DNA from: an uncultured Porphyromonadaceae bacterium
GTDB taxonomy: Bacteria; Bacteroidota; Bacteroidia; Bacteroidales; Muribaculaceae
Direction of reading: 5' to 3'
NCBI GenBank assembly: GCA_900541835.1
Contig: UQLL01000001.1
Location: forward strand, 43,915 to 107,914
Length of the DNA: 64,000 nucleotides
The notes beneath the pieces are model-generated. The model saw only the letters and a program-made list of their open reading frames with translations, ran no database searches and was not told the DNA's origin. Of the stretch, positions 28,536 through 39,735 are shown piece after piece. Every line of letters starts with the position of its first letter. The first letter of the stretch is position 1. The position numbers and the translations under genes were made by a program.

Positions 28536-29963
28536 ATGAGATTCAGCGATACAGAATTGAACGAATTCGTGCTGGAGGCTGTGGATACCATGGGCTTCGA
28601 CACGCTTACCCCCATACAGGAAGCCTCCATACCGCCACTGCTCGAAGGACGCGACCTCATCGGCGTGGCCCAGACCGGCACCGGCAAGACGGCCGCCTTC
28701 CTGCTCCCCGTGCTCAACGAGCTCAGCTACGGCGACTATCCACAGGAGCGCATCAACTGCCTTATCATGGCCCCTACCCGCGAGCTTGCCAAGCAGATTG
28801 ACGAACAGCTGCAGGGCTTCAGTTACTTCGTGCCCGTCAGCTCGTCGGCCGTATACGGCGGCAACGACGGCCCCGAGTTTGCCCGCCAGCGCCAGGGTCT
28901 CAAGATGGGTGCCGACATCATCGTAGCCACTCCCGGACGACTCATCTCCCACATCTCCATGGGATACGTCGACCTTAGCGAGGTCAGCTTCTTCATCCTC
29001 GACGAGGCGGACCGCATGCTCGACATGGGCTTCTACGACGACATCATGCAGATAGCCTCCTACCTGCCCCGCGACCGCCAGACCATCATGTTCTCGGCCA
29101 CCATGCCCGACAAGATCCAGCGCCTGGCAAAGTCCATCCTTAACGACCCGGTGCGCGTGGAGATAGCCGTCAGCAAGCCGGCCGAGAACATCCGCCAGGA
29201 GGTCGTATACCTCTACGAGACGCGAAAGCTTGATGCCGTCAAGGAGATATTCGCGGGCTACGAGGAGCCGGAACGCAGCATCATCTTCGCCTCCTCCAAG
29301 CTCAAGGTCAAGGAGCTGGCCCGCACCCTGCGTCAGAAGGGTTACAAGGTGGCCGAAATGCACTCCGACCTGGACCAGAGCCAACGCGACGAAGTGATGC
29401 ACAACTTCCGCAACGGCAGCGTGAAGCTGCTGGTGGCCACCGACATCGTGGCACGCGGCATCGACATCGACGACATAGCGCTGGTGATGAACTACGACGT
29501 GCCGCGCGAGGCCGAGGACTATGTGCACCGCATCGGCCGCACGGCCCGCGCCGGAGCCTCAGGCCGCGCCATCACCCTGGTCAACGACAAGGACCTCGGC
29601 GCCTTCCGCCGCATCGAGAAATTCCTGGAGAAGAAAGTGCCCGTGCTCGAACTGAGCTGCTCGGCCGATCTCAATGCAGGGACACACCATGGTGCGTCCG
29701 CCACCCGCTCCGACCGTTCCCGCGGCGACCGCCGGGGCCAGCGCCGCGGCAAAGAGCCAAACCGCAGAGGCCAGGAAACACCCCGTCGTAAAAGCACCAG
29801 GCGAAATAATGCCTCTGCCACCGCCGCGCCCCCGGCATCGCCCGATTCCGCATCTAAAGCAGCCAACCAGCCATCTACAGCCACTCCCGCCGTCGAAGTC
29901 CCTGCACAGCACAAGACCCGCCGGCGCCGACGCAAACCACAACCCAAGCCCACCCAGGAATGA
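28536..29963 (+). CDS. DEAD-box ATP-dependent RNA helicase with an Arg-rich C-terminal tail
   Basis: Q-motif, GTGKT, DEAD, SAT and HRIGRTAR motifs, then a basic low-complexity tail. A degenerate REP copy is in-frame at 29679-29699. Confidence 0.9.
   Translation: MRFSDTELNEFVLEAVDTMGFDTLTPIQEASIPPLLEGRDLIGVAQTGTGKTAAFLLPVLNELSYGDYPQERINCLIMAPTRELAKQIDEQLQGFSYFVPVSSSAVYGGNDGPEFARQRQGLKMGADIIVATPGRLISHISMGYVDLSEVSFFILDEADRMLDMGFYDDIMQIASYLPRDRQTIMFSATMPDKIQRLAKSILNDPVRVEIAVSKPAENIRQEVVYLYETRKLDAVKEIFAGYEEPERSIIFASSKLKVKELARTLRQKGYKVAEMHSDLDQSQRDEVMHNFRNGSVKLLVATDIVARGIDIDDIALVMNYDVPREAEDYVHRIGRTARAGASGRAITLVNDKDLGAFRRIEKFLEKKVPVLELSCSADLNAGTHHGASATRSDRSRGDRRGQRRGKEPNRRGQETPRRKSTRRNNASATAAPPASPDSASKAANQPSTATPAVEVPAQHKTRRRRRKPQPKPTQE
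29679..29699. repeat. Degenerate REP-like element GGGACACACC-ATG-GTGCGTCC inside the helicase coding sequence
   Basis: Encodes GTHHGAS in-frame within the disordered tail. Confidence 0.55.
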
Positions 29964-31747
29964 ACACCATACGCAATTTCTGCATCATCGCCCATATCGA
30001 CCACGGCAAGTCCACACTGGCCGACCGTCTGCTGGAGCGCACCAAGACCGTAGACGCCAAGGACATGGAGGCCCAGGTGCTCGACGACATGGACCTGGAG
30101 CGCGAACGCGGAATCACCATCAAGAGCCACGCCATCCAGATGCAATACCCCAAGGATGGCACTTCATATACTCTCAACCTCATCGACACTCCGGGACACG
30201 TCGACTTCTCCTACGAGGTTTCCCGCTCCATCGCCGCCTGCGAGGGCGCATTGCTCATCGTCGACGCCAGCCAGGGCATCCAGGCACAGACCATTTCCAA
30301 CCTCTACATGGCCATCGACAACGACCTGGAGATTATCCCCGTCATCAACAAGTGCGACCTGGAGAGTGCCAAGCCCGACGAGGTGGAGGACCAGATAGTG
30401 GACCTGCTCGGCTGCGACCGCTCCGACATCATCCGCGCCAGCGGCAAGACAGGCCAGGGAGTCGACGAAATCCTCAATGCCATCGTAGACCGCATTCCGG
30501 CTCCCCAAGGAGACCCCAAGGCTCCCCTGCAGGCTCTCATCTTCGATTCCGTCTTCAACCCCTTCCGCGGCATCATCGCCTATTTCAAGATTCTCAACGG
30601 CACCATCGCCAAGGACGATTTCGTGAAGTTCTTCTCCACCGGCAAGGAGTACCACGCCGACGAGGTGGGAGTGCTCAAGTTGCAGATGCAGCCGCGCAAG
30701 GAGCTGTCGGCAGGCAACGTCGGCTACATCATCTCCGGCATCAAGTCGAGCAAGGAGGTCAAAGTGGGCGACACCATCACGCACGTGCAGGAGCCTTGCA
30801 AGGAGGCCATCGCCGGCTTCGAGGAAGTCAAGCCCATGGTCTTCGCGGGCGTCTACCCCATCGACCCCGAGGACTTCGAGAACCTGCGCGCCAGCCTGGA
30901 GAAGCTCCAGCTCAACGACGCGTCGCTGACGTTCACCCCGGAGTCCTCGGCCGCCCTCGGCTTCGGCTTCCGCTGCGGATTCCTCGGCCTTCTCCACATG
31001 GAGATTGTGCAGGAACGGCTCGGCCGCGAGTTCAACATGGACGTCATCACCACCGTCCCCAACGTCAGCTACAACGTCTATACCAAGCGCGGCGAGAAGA
31101 TAGAGGTGCACAATCCCTCGGGCCTTCCCGACCCCGTCAGCATCGACCATATCGAGGAGCCCTACATCCGCGCCAGCATAATCACCCAGGCCGACTACAT
31201 CGGTCCCATCATGACCCTCTGCCTGGGCAAGCGCGGCGAGCTCATCAAACAGGACTACATCAGCGGCAACCGCCTGGAGCTAACTTTTGACATTCCCCTG
31301 GGCGAAATCGTAATCGACTTCTACGACAAGCTCAAGAGCATCAGCAAAGGCTATGCCTCGTTCGACTACCACATCCAGGACTTCCGCCCCTCCAACCTGA
31401 TAAAGCTCGACATCCTGCTCAACGGCGAGAGTGTGGACGCGCTCAGCACACTGACCCACGCCGACAATGCCGTGCGCTTCGGCCGCCGCATGTGCGAGAA
31501 GCTCAAGGAACTGATACCCCGCCAGCAGTTCGACATCGCCGTACAGGCCGCCATCGGCGCCAAGATCATAGCCCGTGAGACCATCAAGGCCGTGCGCAAG
31601 GACGTTACCGCCAAGTGCTACGGCGGCGACATCTCACGCAAGCGCAAGCTGCTTGAAAAGCAGAAGGAGGGAAAGAAACGCATGAAGCAGATCGGCCGCG
31701 TGGAAGTGCCCCAGAAGGCTTTCCTGGCCGTGCTCAAGCTCGACTGA
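29960..31747 (+). CDS. lepA: Elongation factor 4
   Basis: [11 protein letters not shown]-domain and the LepA-specific C-terminal domain. 595 aa. ATGA overlap with the helicase stop. Confidence 0.95.
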   Translation: MNTIRNFCIIAHIDHGKSTLADRLLERTKTVDAKDMEAQVLDDMDLERERGITIKSHAIQMQYPKDGTSYTLNLIDTPGHVDFSYEVSRSIAACEGALLIVDASQGIQAQTISNLYMAIDNDLEIIPVINKCDLESAKPDEVEDQIVDLLGCDRSDIIRASGKTGQGVDEILNAIVDRIPAPQGDPKAPLQALIFDSVFNPFRGIIAYFKILNGTIAKDDFVKFFSTGKEYHADEVGVLKLQMQPRKELSAGNVGYIISGIKSSKEVKVGDTITHVQEPCKEAIAGFEEVKPMVFAGVYPIDPEDFENLRASLEKLQLNDASLTFTPESSAALGFGFRCGFLGLLHMEIVQERLGREFNMDVITTVPNVSYNVYTKRGEKIEVHNPSGLPDPVSIDHIEEPYIRASIITQADYIGPIMTLCLGKRGELIKQDYISGNRLELTFDIPLGEIVIDFYDKLKSISKGYASFDYHIQDFRPSNLIKLDILLNGESVDALSTLTHADNAVRFGRRMCEKLKELIPRQQFDIAVQAAIGAKIIARETIKAVRKDVTAKCYGGDISRKRKLLEKQKEGKKRMKQIGRVEVPQKAFLAVLKLD

Positions 31748-31770
31748 GCCGCACGCTGCTCAGAGTTGAT

Positions 31771-31818
31771 AGTTCAGAGTCGGATGATGCCCCGTTGTGC
31801 ATCATCCGACTCTGAACT
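31771..31818. repeat. 20-bp perfect-stem hairpin AGTTCAGAGTCGGATGATGC-cccgttgt-GCATCATCCGACTCTGAACT, preceded by TCAGAGT tandem units
   Basis: Lies between the convergent lepA and GT25 gene ends. No flanking T-tract. Confidence 0.6.
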
Positions 31819-32554
31819 ACCTGAGGTTATAGATAAGTTGGCGCCATGCAAGCTGCAAGCGCCACTTGAGAGGCTCCACGAAGCGGTCATAAGGATTGAT
31901 GGCTGACTGGAACTGTCCCGTGAAGCTGCCCTGTGTGGCTACTGTGGGGTGCATCCAGTAGTATCGTAGTTTCTCCTGCTCCAACAGGAGCCGATGAAAG
32001 AGGTCTATGGGACGGTCTATTCCACCACCCTCGGAATGTCTAAGTATTGACTCCGCTCCGGCCCGGTTGATGTAGTAGCAGGCGGCATAACGATCGCGAT
32101 CGCCCGGATATATGAGGATTCCGCGGCGTCGGCGGCTTCGCGGCACGAACCGCAGACGGGTGTTCTCCATCGACAGAAGCGCCGGTTCGTCTCCCAAGGC
32201 AAGTAGCTGCCCCACGGCCATCGGCATGAGCCTATCAAACCTGCGGCTGAATACCACGTCGTCCTCAAGCACCAGCGCTCCCGGCAGACCTCGTTCTACC
32301 ACGGCACGGCAGGCGAGCAGGTGCTTGTAGGCACACGACATAGCGGCATGGGTGAGGTGATTGTCTTCGGAGAACCATCGTGCCTTACATGCTTCGCTAA
32401 TGTCGTCATAGTCCCCGTCGAGGATGAACTCGAAATGCAGGCCATGCCGACTCATCAGTCTTTCAATGTGCACCCTGCGTTCCTCGTAACCCTTCCTGAC
32501 ATGCAATACGAAGACTTCGGGGATAGCCTCTAAACCTTTGGCGTTCACATTCAT
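31817..32554 (-). CDS. Glycosyltransferase family 25 (LPS/LOS biosynthesis)
   Basis: 245 aa with GT25-like N-terminal conservation (VFVLHVRKGYEERRVHIE...) and a DxD-like LEDDVVF motif. Confidence 0.7.
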   Translation of the reverse strand: MNVNAKGLEAIPEVFVLHVRKGYEERRVHIERLMSRHGLHFEFILDGDYDDISEACKARWFSEDNHLTHAAMSCAYKHLLACRAVVERGLPGALVLEDDVVFSRRFDRLMPMAVGQLLALGDEPALLSMENTRLRFVPRSRRRRGILIYPGDRDRYAACYYINRAGAESILRHSEGGGIDRPIDLFHRLLLEQEKLRYYWMHPTVATQGSFTGQFQSAINPYDRFVEPLKWRLQLAWRQLIYNLR

Positions 32555-33240
32555 ACAATATGGTTCTTGGGTTTTGTGGTATGGACAGCCTTGAGGTAGA
32601 GGGGGGTGGAATAGGCGACGTCAAGGAAGCGTTGCTCGCGGTAGGCCTTCTCGGCCAAGGCTATGAGATCGCTGGCTATCAGTGGCGATACTTTCAGATA
32701 TTCCGTGCCGGGACGTGTCAGCATCTCCTGGGCCTTGGCGGCGCCGGAGCCGAAGTAGAAAGCACGTTGGCCTTCGGGAAGGTTCTTGTAGCTGTCGGCG
32801 GAGAGGATGAGCGGCTGCGGCTCCATCACTGGGTTGAGTGCGAAATTGTAGGCGGCGGTGTAGACTTCCATGCGTCGGGCGTCGACCATTGGTATGAGCA
32901 GCTCGTCGCCCTGCCAGTCACGCGGCATGAACATGGCCTTGACAGCCAGCGCCTGTAGGCTGTCTACGCCAATCAGCGGAATGTCCAGGCCGAAGCAGAG
33001 ACCCTTGGCCTGCGAGAGGCCGATACGCAGACCGGTGTACGAGCCCGGGCCGAGACTGACGGCTACCGCATCCAGCTTGAGTTCGCGGCGATGCAGCTCG
33101 CCGAGGGCCTTTTCCACAAACGGGGCCAGCACTTCGCTGTGGCGCATCGGCTCCTCTTCCATTACCTGCCACATCAGGGCTCCTTCATGGCACAGTGCCA
33201 CGGAGCATATCTCGGCAGAAGTTTCTATCAGTAAAATCAT
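32551..33240 (-). CDS. tsaB: tRNA threonylcarbamoyladenosine biosynthesis protein TsaB
   Basis: YeaZ-type inactive Kae1 homolog with GPGSYTGLRIG motif, 229 aa. Confidence 0.9.
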   Translation of the reverse strand: MILLIETSAEICSVALCHEGALMWQVMEEEPMRHSEVLAPFVEKALGELHRRELKLDAVAVSLGPGSYTGLRIGLSQAKGLCFGLDIPLIGVDSLQALAVKAMFMPRDWQGDELLIPMVDARRMEVYTAAYNFALNPVMEPQPLILSADSYKNLPEGQRAFYFGSGAAKAQEMLTRPGTEYLKVSPLIASDLIALAEKAYREQRFLDVAYSTPLYLKAVHTTKPKNHIV

Positions 33241-33335
33241 AGTTGAGAGTTTAGAGTTGAGAGTTAAAGCTGAAAGCTGAGAGACTCCGGGTGCTCCGTA
33301 TCGTCGCTGAACTCTCGGCTCTCAACTGTTAGTTG
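33241..33335. repeat. GAGAG-family repeat cluster (AGTTGAGAGTTTAGAGTTGAGAGTTAAAGCTGAAAGCTGAGAG ... CTCTCGGCTCTCAACT)
   Basis: Tandem TGAGAGT units plus a distal inverted partner. Encodes the last 9 residues and stop of the FAD oxidoreductase gene and sits directly upstream of the tsaB ATG. Confidence 0.6.
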
Positions 33336-34856
33336 GTCGATGGCGTTGCGGCCGTCGATGGCGGCGGAGACGATGCCGCCGGCATATCCGGCACCCTCGC
33401 CGACCGGGTAAAGGTTCTTGATCTCTATGTGCTGGCCATCCTCGCCACGTGGTATGCGAACAGGGCTGGAGGTACGGCTCTCCAGTCCGACCACGGTGGC
33501 CTGGGGCGTGAGGAAGCCCTTGGCGCGTCGGCCGAAGATGCGGAAGCCCTCGCGCAGGCGGTCGGAGATCTGCGGCGGCAGCAGGAAGTGCACCGGCAGG
33601 CTCATCACTCCGCACGGGTATGAGGACGGCTCCACGGAGGTAGACACTCGGCCGTTGACGAAATCGGTCATGCGCTGTGCCGGGGCGCGTAGGCTCTTGC
33701 CTGCGGCCTGGTAAAAGTTGCGTTCCAGGCTCTCCTGCAGCTCGAGCATGCACAGCTCACCGGCAGATGCGAACTCGGGAAAATCCTCGGGATGCACCTC
33801 CACCACCATGCCGGAGTTAGCCCGGCTGCCGGAGCGTGCCGAGGCGGACATGCCATTGACGGCGTTCTGGTCGGGTCCGCTGGCAGAGGGCACTATCACT
33901 CCCCCGGGACACATGCAGAAGCTGTAGACTCCACGACCGCCGACCTGCGCGGTGAAGCTATACTCGGCAGCCGGGAGATAGTCTCCACGTCCCTTGGGGT
34001 TGTGATATTGTATGCGGTCGATTACTTCCTGGGGATGCTCCAGGCGGACGCCCATGGCCAGCCCCTTTGCCTCCAGTCTCACACCCTGGCTGTGCAGGGA
34101 GCGATAGACGTCGCGTGCTGAGTGGCCGGTAGCCAACACGACGGGTCCTCGGAACTCTCGTCCGTCCTCGAGGCGGACGCCCTCGGCGCGGTTATCGCCG
34201 ATGAGCAACTCGGTGACCTTGGATCCGAAATGCACTTCTCCTCCGGCACCCCTGATGGCCTCGCGTATGCTGCGTATGACGCCGGGCAGCTTGTCGCTGC
34301 CTATGTGAGGGTGGGCGTCGACGAGGATGTCGGACGACGCGCCAAACTGCACCAGCACCTGTAGGATCTCGCGCACGGGTCCGCGCTTCTTGCTTCGGGT
34401 ATATAGCTTGCCGTCGGAGTATGCACCGGCGCCTCCCTCGCCGAAGCAGTAGTTGGAATCAGAATCTACGATGCCCTTGCGGGAAATGTCGGCGATGTCC
34501 AGGCGGCGTGCGTCCACGTCCTTGCCCCGTTCCAGGAGGATAGGCTTGAATCCCTTCTCCACGGCCCTCAAAGCTGCGAACAGACCGGCCGGTCCGGCTC
34601 CCACAATAACCACTTGCCTCGCGTCGGCGGGTACAGTCTTGAGTTCTATGGGCCGGAAGAGTTCGGGCAGTGGCTCCCCTGCTGCGGCTTCCACGCGCAG
34701 GTTGACGACCACGCGGCGCTGGCGGGCGTCGATGCTTCGGCTGCGGATGCGCCAGGTGGTGGGCGCCGTGCCGATTGCTTTCTCTATTTCAGGACGCAGT
34801 AGGTCGGGAGTGGCAGCCGTCTTGGGGCTTACGCGCAGGTTTATGTCGTAGATCAT
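33264..34856 (-). CDS. FAD/NAD(P)-binding oxidoreductase (COG2509-like)
   Basis: Rossmann GxGxxG motif (VIVGAGPAGLFAAL), about 530 aa. Start set at MIYDINLRV. ATGA overlap with the U32 gene stop. Confidence 0.8.
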   Translation of the reverse strand: MIYDINLRVSPKTAATPDLLRPEIEKAIGTAPTTWRIRSRSIDARQRRVVVNLRVEAAAGEPLPELFRPIELKTVPADARQVVIVGAGPAGLFAALRAVEKGFKPILLERGKDVDARRLDIADISRKGIVDSDSNYCFGEGGAGAYSDGKLYTRSKKRGPVREILQVLVQFGASSDILVDAHPHIGSDKLPGVIRSIREAIRGAGGEVHFGSKVTELLIGDNRAEGVRLEDGREFRGPVVLATGHSARDVYRSLHSQGVRLEAKGLAMGVRLEHPQEVIDRIQYHNPKGRGDYLPAAEYSFTAQVGGRGVYSFCMCPGGVIVPSASGPDQNAVNGMSASARSGSRANSGMVVEVHPEDFPEFASAGELCMLELQESLERNFYQAAGKSLRAPAQRMTDFVNGRVSTSVEPSSYPCGVMSLPVHFLLPPQISDRLREGFRIFGRRAKGFLTPQATVVGLESRTSSPVRIPRGEDGQHIEIKNLYPVGEGAGYAGGIVSAAIDGRNAIDQLTVESREFSDDTEHPESLSFQL

Positions 34857-36631
34857 CTTGGTTTGTGTATTAGTTGCATCTCGCACTCGCGGCAGTTGAA
34901 GCGGAGCTCGAAGCGGTTGGACCCGGAGGCGATAGTGAGTGGCTGGCGTATATGCTTCCCTTCGGGAGTCCGGAGACACTGACCCTGTTCCCTCAGTATG
35001 CAGTGCCGACAGGTCATGGCCACCTTGCCTGAGAGCTGAGAGCCGGGGGGTGAGAGTTCCAGGGCAGGCTCGATTTCGGTGACACCGTGGGAGCGGTAGA
35101 AGTCCTCGGCAAGAGGGTTGGCGACATTGTCGGCGAAGGTCAGCACCGGGTATGGGAATCGGACTAACGTATTCTCTTTGTGGCGGAGGCCGAAAGGATA
35201 GGTGATGCGGTTGAGGCGATTGAGCCTGGCGATGAGCTGTCGGCGGAAGGCGGTCAGCGACGAGGGGGTGTAGGCGCGGTCGGCGGCCAGCAGGTCGGTG
35301 AAGGTGCGAAGCTCGTAGATGGTATTGCCGAGCTTGCCGAATATTTCGCGCAGCTTCCTGGCGTTCTTCACCCCCTCCACAGGCTCGGGCAGGGGGAGGG
35401 TAAGACGCAGTCCGCGCTCGTCGGTGGCAGTGGCGATGCCGTTCTCGAGGGTGATGTCGAGGGCAATGCGACGGACGGGATTGGAGTGGCTGACGGCATC
35501 GGTGAAGAGGCGGTCATAGGTGCGGCGAAGCTCTACGCCATGCGGAATCTTGCGGTTGCCGAGGGTGAGGATTCTGCGTCCTTCTATACTATTGACGCGC
35601 ATACCGGTGTATCCTTCTTTGGGGTCGAAGTAGGCTATGCCGTCGCCGGAATGGAGGTCGGAAACCTGCACCGGCTCGCCGAGCGATTTGGGGGTCAGAG
35701 GCGAGGTGAGGCCGGCGGGACGTCGCTCGTCGATGAAGTAATGCGTGAAGCCTCGGTTGAAGCTTTTGGATGGGTCGGGCACGAAGCCGGGGTCGGAGGT
35801 GCCGAAAGAACTGCGGACGTACGTCTCCGGCTCCTGGTCGATGATGCCATCAAGCAGATAGCGGTAGTGGCTGACGATGTTGCGTACGTAGTCGGCATCC
35901 TTGAGTCGTCCCTCGATCTTGAAAGAGGAGGCTCCGGCCCGGAGGAGCTGGGGCAGGCGGTCGGAGAGGTTGAGGTCATGGAGTGAGAGGAGGTGCCGGT
36001 CACGGCAGAGAACGTGTCCGTCGGCGTCGGTGAGGGTGTATGGAAGTCTGCACATCTGGGCGCAGGCTCCGCGGTTGGCGCTTCGGCCCATGCATAGCTG
36101 CGAGGCGTGGCAGCGGCCGGAGTAGCTGACGCACAGGGCACCATGGATGAACGTCTCTACGGGCACATCCACTGCCTCGGCTATCTCCTTTATCTGCGAC
36201 AGGGTGAGTTCGCGTGCGAGTACGAGCTGGCTGAAGCCGACATCCTGCAGGAAACGGGCCTTTTCGGGCGTGCGGATGTCGCATTGGGTGCTGGCATGGA
36301 GCTCTATGGGTGGCAGATCGAGGCGTAGCAGAGCCATGTCCTGGACTATCAGCGCGTCCACCCCGGCGCGGTAAAGGTCGGTGCAAAGGCGCTCGGCCTG
36401 TTTCAGCTCGTTGGGATAGAGTATGGTGTTGACGGTGGCGTATACGCGGGCGCGGTACTGGTGGGCGAAGTCCACGAGCCGACGGATATCATCGATGGAA
36501 TTGGCCGCCGACTGACGTGCGCCAAACGACTCCGGACCGATATAGACCGCATCAGCACCGTGGCTGACGGCCGCTATGCCGATGTCGGCGTTACGGGCAG
36601 GCGCAAGCAGTTCGATTTTCCGTGGAGTCAT
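34853..36631 (-). CDS. Peptidase U32 family protein
   Basis: Collagenase/U32-like (TIM-barrel) N-terminal domain with a C-terminal Cys cluster. Start set at MTPRKIELLAPA. Confidence 0.85.
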   Translation of the reverse strand: MTPRKIELLAPARNADIGIAAVSHGADAVYIGPESFGARQSAANSIDDIRRLVDFAHQYRARVYATVNTILYPNELKQAERLCTDLYRAGVDALIVQDMALLRLDLPPIELHASTQCDIRTPEKARFLQDVGFSQLVLARELTLSQIKEIAEAVDVPVETFIHGALCVSYSGRCHASQLCMGRSANRGACAQMCRLPYTLTDADGHVLCRDRHLLSLHDLNLSDRLPQLLRAGASSFKIEGRLKDADYVRNIVSHYRYLLDGIIDQEPETYVRSSFGTSDPGFVPDPSKSFNRGFTHYFIDERRPAGLTSPLTPKSLGEPVQVSDLHSGDGIAYFDPKEGYTGMRVNSIEGRRILTLGNRKIPHGVELRRTYDRLFTDAVSHSNPVRRIALDITLENGIATATDERGLRLTLPLPEPVEGVKNARKLREIFGKLGNTIYELRTFTDLLAADRAYTPSSLTAFRRQLIARLNRLNRITYPFGLRHKENTLVRFPYPVLTFADNVANPLAEDFYRSHGVTEIEPALELSPPGSQLSGKVAMTCRHCILREQGQCLRTPEGKHIRQPLTIASGSNRFELRFNCRECEMQLIHKPR

Positions 36632-36647
36632 AGCTTCAATCTGATAC

Positions 36648-36673
36648 GGACGCACGAGCCATGCGTCCCTACA
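36648..36673. repeat. REP-like element GGACGCAC-GAGCCAT-GCGTCCCTACA
   Basis: Fills the gap between the U32 start and the purF end. The CTA of CCCTAC is the purF stop codon (TAG on the minus strand). Confidence 0.7.
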
Positions 36674-38549
36674 CTCTGAGGTCCTTGTGGCCCTCGTAGA
36701 AATTGATGTAGGCGAGGTTGACGAGCCGGTTACCGCCGGGCGTGGGATAGTCGCCGGAGAAGTACCAGTCGCCGGTGTGGGCCGGGATGGCTCGGTGCAT
36801 GTCCTGGATGGTCTGGTAGACGATCCGCACTTCGGCGCGGGTGTCGTCGGGGGTGAGCATATCGGCTATCTTGTCGCTGATTTCCTGGTCGGTGAAGGGT
36901 GCGTAGATGGCCTTGACACAGTTTCGCTGTTCGGCAACTGGCTTCTTGACCTCCTCCAGGCACTGGCGGTATACCTGTTCAACAACGTGGTGCATGCCTC
37001 TCTGCTCGAGTAGGGCCATGGCGGCGCGGAAGGCGGCGAATTCGCCCAGGCGGCTCATGTCGATTCCGTAGCAGTCGGGGTAACGGACCTGCGGGGATGA
37101 GCTGACAACGACTATGCGGCGGGGGCGCAGGCGGTCGAGGATGCGGATGATGGATTGCTTCAGGGTTGTGCCGCGCACGATGCTGTCGTCGATGATCACG
37201 AGGTTGTCCTCTCCTGGTACTATGGAGCCATAGGTGATGTCGTAGACGTGTGCGGCGAGGTCGTTGCGCCGGTCGCCCTGGGCGATGAAGGTGCGCAGCT
37301 TGATGTCTTTCCAAGCCACCTTTTCCTTGCGGACCTGTCGGCGGAAGATGTGCTCCACGTCGGGTGTATAGGGGACTTCGCCGCTGGCGAGTCTGCGTGC
37401 TAGCTCCACCTTGGCCTCGGCGTTGCGGCGCTCGAACTCCTCGGTGAGTCCCATGTAGGCGACTTCGGCGGTGTTGGGAACGAAGGATATGACGGTGTGG
37501 CCCATGTCTCCGTCCACGGCTTTTTCCACGGCCGGGGCGAGGAGGGCGCCGAGGCGCTTGCGCTCCCGGTAAATGTCGGAGTCGTTGCCGCGGGAGAAGT
37601 ATATGCGCTCGAAGGAGCATTGGCGTGCGGGCTTGTCCTTCAGGATCTGCTCCTGGTGCCAGTCGCCCTTGTAGTCTACCACTATGGCTGCTCCCGGGGT
37701 TAGCTCGTGCACCTGGTCGACCTGGAGGTCGAAGGCGGTAAGTATGACGGGCCGTTCGCTGGCCACGACCACAATCTCGTCGTCGCAGTAGTAGAAGGCG
37801 GGGCGTATGCCGGTGGTGTCGCGCAGGGCCCACATTGAGCCGTTGCCGGCGATGCCGCAGATGACGTAGCCGCCGTCCCACTTTGGGGCGCAGCGATGCA
37901 GGATGTTGCGGACGTCGATGTCGCGGGCTATCTTGCGGCTGAGCTCCATGCCGCGCAGGCCGGCGGCGTGGTTGAGTTCGTAGACGCGTTCGTTCTCTCG
38001 GTCCAGGGCGTGTCCTATCTGCTCGAGAAGGATGAAGCCGTCGGCGTAATAGCGGGGATGCTGGCCCAGGTCGGTTATCTCCTTGAAGATCTCGTCGACG
38101 TTGGTGAGGTTGAAGTTGCCGCACAGGAGCATGTTGCGTGCCCGCCAGTTGTTGCGGCGCATGAATGGATGTACGTTGCTGATGCCCTTGCGGCCGGTGG
38201 TGCTGTAGCGCAGGTGGCCCATGTAGACTTCGCCTACGAAGGGGCACTCTTCCATGGGCTCTCCCTCTGCCAGGTGCTTGTCGATGTCGGCGTGTGCGTA
38301 GGCGAAGATCTGCGAGATGGCGTCGCTTCCCTCGCTGCGCTCGCGGAAGATGTATTCGGTGCCGGGGCGGGAGTGCATCTTGACGCAGCCTATTCCTGCG
38401 CCTTCCTGGCCGCGGTTGTGCTCTTTCTCCATCATGAGGTAGAGCTTGTCGAGGCCCCACAGTTCGGAACCGTATGTCTCCTTGTAGTAGGATAGGGGCT
38501 TGCGGAGGCGAAGCATCACCACTCCACATTCATGCTTTATTTCTTCCAT
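36669..38549 (-). CDS. purF: Amidophosphoribosyltransferase (long Bacteroidetes-type class II glutamine amidotransferase)
   Basis: N-terminal Cys nucleophile (MEEIKHECGVV), PRTase phosphoribosyl-binding motif VIIDDSIVRGTT, and a C-terminal extension. 626 aa. Confidence 0.9.
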   Translation of the reverse strand: MEEIKHECGVVMLRLRKPLSYYKETYGSELWGLDKLYLMMEKEHNRGQEGAGIGCVKMHSRPGTEYIFRERSEGSDAISQIFAYAHADIDKHLAEGEPMEECPFVGEVYMGHLRYSTTGRKGISNVHPFMRRNNWRARNMLLCGNFNLTNVDEIFKEITDLGQHPRYYADGFILLEQIGHALDRENERVYELNHAAGLRGMELSRKIARDIDVRNILHRCAPKWDGGYVICGIAGNGSMWALRDTTGIRPAFYYCDDEIVVVASERPVILTAFDLQVDQVHELTPGAAIVVDYKGDWHQEQILKDKPARQCSFERIYFSRGNDSDIYRERKRLGALLAPAVEKAVDGDMGHTVISFVPNTAEVAYMGLTEEFERRNAEAKVELARRLASGEVPYTPDVEHIFRRQVRKEKVAWKDIKLRTFIAQGDRRNDLAAHVYDITYGSIVPGEDNLVIIDDSIVRGTTLKQSIIRILDRLRPRRIVVVSSSPQVRYPDCYGIDMSRLGEFAAFRAAMALLEQRGMHHVVEQVYRQCLEEVKKPVAEQRNCVKAIYAPFTDQEISDKIADMLTPDDTRAEVRIVYQTIQDMHRAIPAHTGDWYFSGDYPTPGGNRLVNLAYINFYEGHKDLRV

Positions 38550-38632
38550 CGTGTTAGTTTAGGAACGCGACGAGCTGAAGCTCGTCGGCAATTGCTAAGG
38601 AAAATGCCACGGACGGCGCCTGGGATGCTGGG

Positions 38633-39085
38633 TCAGTGCTTGAAGAGGCGGTCGAGGGAGCGCTTGTCCTCACGTTCGCGGATGCTTTGACGCTTGTCGT
38701 AGGCTTTCTTGCCGCGTGCCACGCCGATGACGAGCTTGGCGAGCCCCTTGTCGGAGATGAACAGGCGCAGTGGTATGATGGTGAAGCCGGGGTCCTCGGC
38801 CACGCGGGCGAGCTTGCGCAGCTCCTTGCGGTTGAGCAGGAGCTTGCGGTCGCGACGGGAAGCGTGGTTGTTGTACGAGCCGTAGAAGTACTCGGCCACG
38901 TACATGCCCTTGACCCAGGCCTCGCCGTTGTCGATTACCACGTAGGTATCGGAGAGACCGGCCTTGCCGTCGCGGATGGACTTGATTTCCGTACCTGTGA
39001 GCACGATGCCGGCGGTGTAGGTGTCGCCGATCTCGTAGTCGAAGGTGGCGCGGCGGTTCTTTATGTTGACTTGCGAAGGTTTCAT
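38633..39085 (-). CDS. smpB: SsrA-binding protein
   Basis: 150 aa with canonical SmpB conservation. Confidence 0.95.
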   Translation of the reverse strand: MKPSQVNIKNRRATFDYEIGDTYTAGIVLTGTEIKSIRDGKAGLSDTYVVIDNGEAWVKGMYVAEYFYGSYNNHASRRDRKLLLNRKELRKLARVAEDPGFTIIPLRLFISDKGLAKLVIGVARGKKAYDKRQSIREREDKRSLDRLFKH

Positions 39086-39735
39086 GACTTAGAAACGATG
39101 TTGTCGGGCAGGAGGATTCCCATGAGCTGGAAGACGAGGAATGGCAGTGCCACTATCAGCAGCACCAGCGCCACCCAGGTTGAAATCCTGCGCTGCTCGG
39201 GGAGGTTGAAGATGCTCATGCCCTTGTAGGAGAGATATATGGTGTAGGCGGGAGTGAAGGCCAGGAGCACTTCGAGGAAGGGGAGGCACTCGTACAGGAA
39301 CAGGAACAGGCAGAGTGTGGAGAGCAAGGCGGCCACATAGCAGTGGCCGAAGGGCGTGTCCATCTTCTCGGCGCAGTCTCGACGCATGAGGAGACGCGAC
39401 AGGGGGAAGGTGAGGAAGTAGGCCACGAAGAAGGCCACGAACTTGCAGGTACCGTCGATGAGGCAGTGGCTGACGGTGGCGCCGAAGTAGAACTTGTCGG
39501 CGAAAGCTCCGAGGGCGCAGAGGGCGATCATGGGATAGAAGATGGCGCTCTCCATGTCGACGGCCTTCAGGCGCCCGTACTTCATGCGCTTGAATCCGTT
39601 CAGCGGTGTGGCCCACATCCGCAGCCAGCAGCTCCATGCCGAAGGGCCATGGGGCTTCTTTTCCCCGGAGGCATTCTCCTCCTGTTCGTCGTTGTAGACC
39701 AGGTCGTCGTCGGGTGTGGTATTTTCCTGTCTCAC
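39082..39735 (-). CDS. Hypothetical polytopic membrane protein (Yip1-like topology)
   Basis: Acidic N-terminus followed by 5 predicted TM helices. Confidence 0.55.
   Translation of the reverse strand: MRQENTTPDDDLVYNDEQEENASGEKKPHGPSAWSCWLRMWATPLNGFKRMKYGRLKAVDMESAIFYPMIALCALGAFADKFYFGATVSHCLIDGTCKFVAFFVAYFLTFPLSRLLMRRDCAEKMDTPFGHCYVAALLSTLCLFLFLYECLPFLEVLLAFTPAYTIYLSYKGMSIFNLPEQRRISTWVALVLLIVALPFLVFQLMGILLPDNIVSKS

Noticed and set aside
36979-38529. 516-aa same-strand alternate-frame ORF inside purF
   Set aside because: Arg/Pro/His-rich translation (RRRNRLRQD...) from the +1 frame of a GC-rich gene; purF in the other frame is conserved end to end
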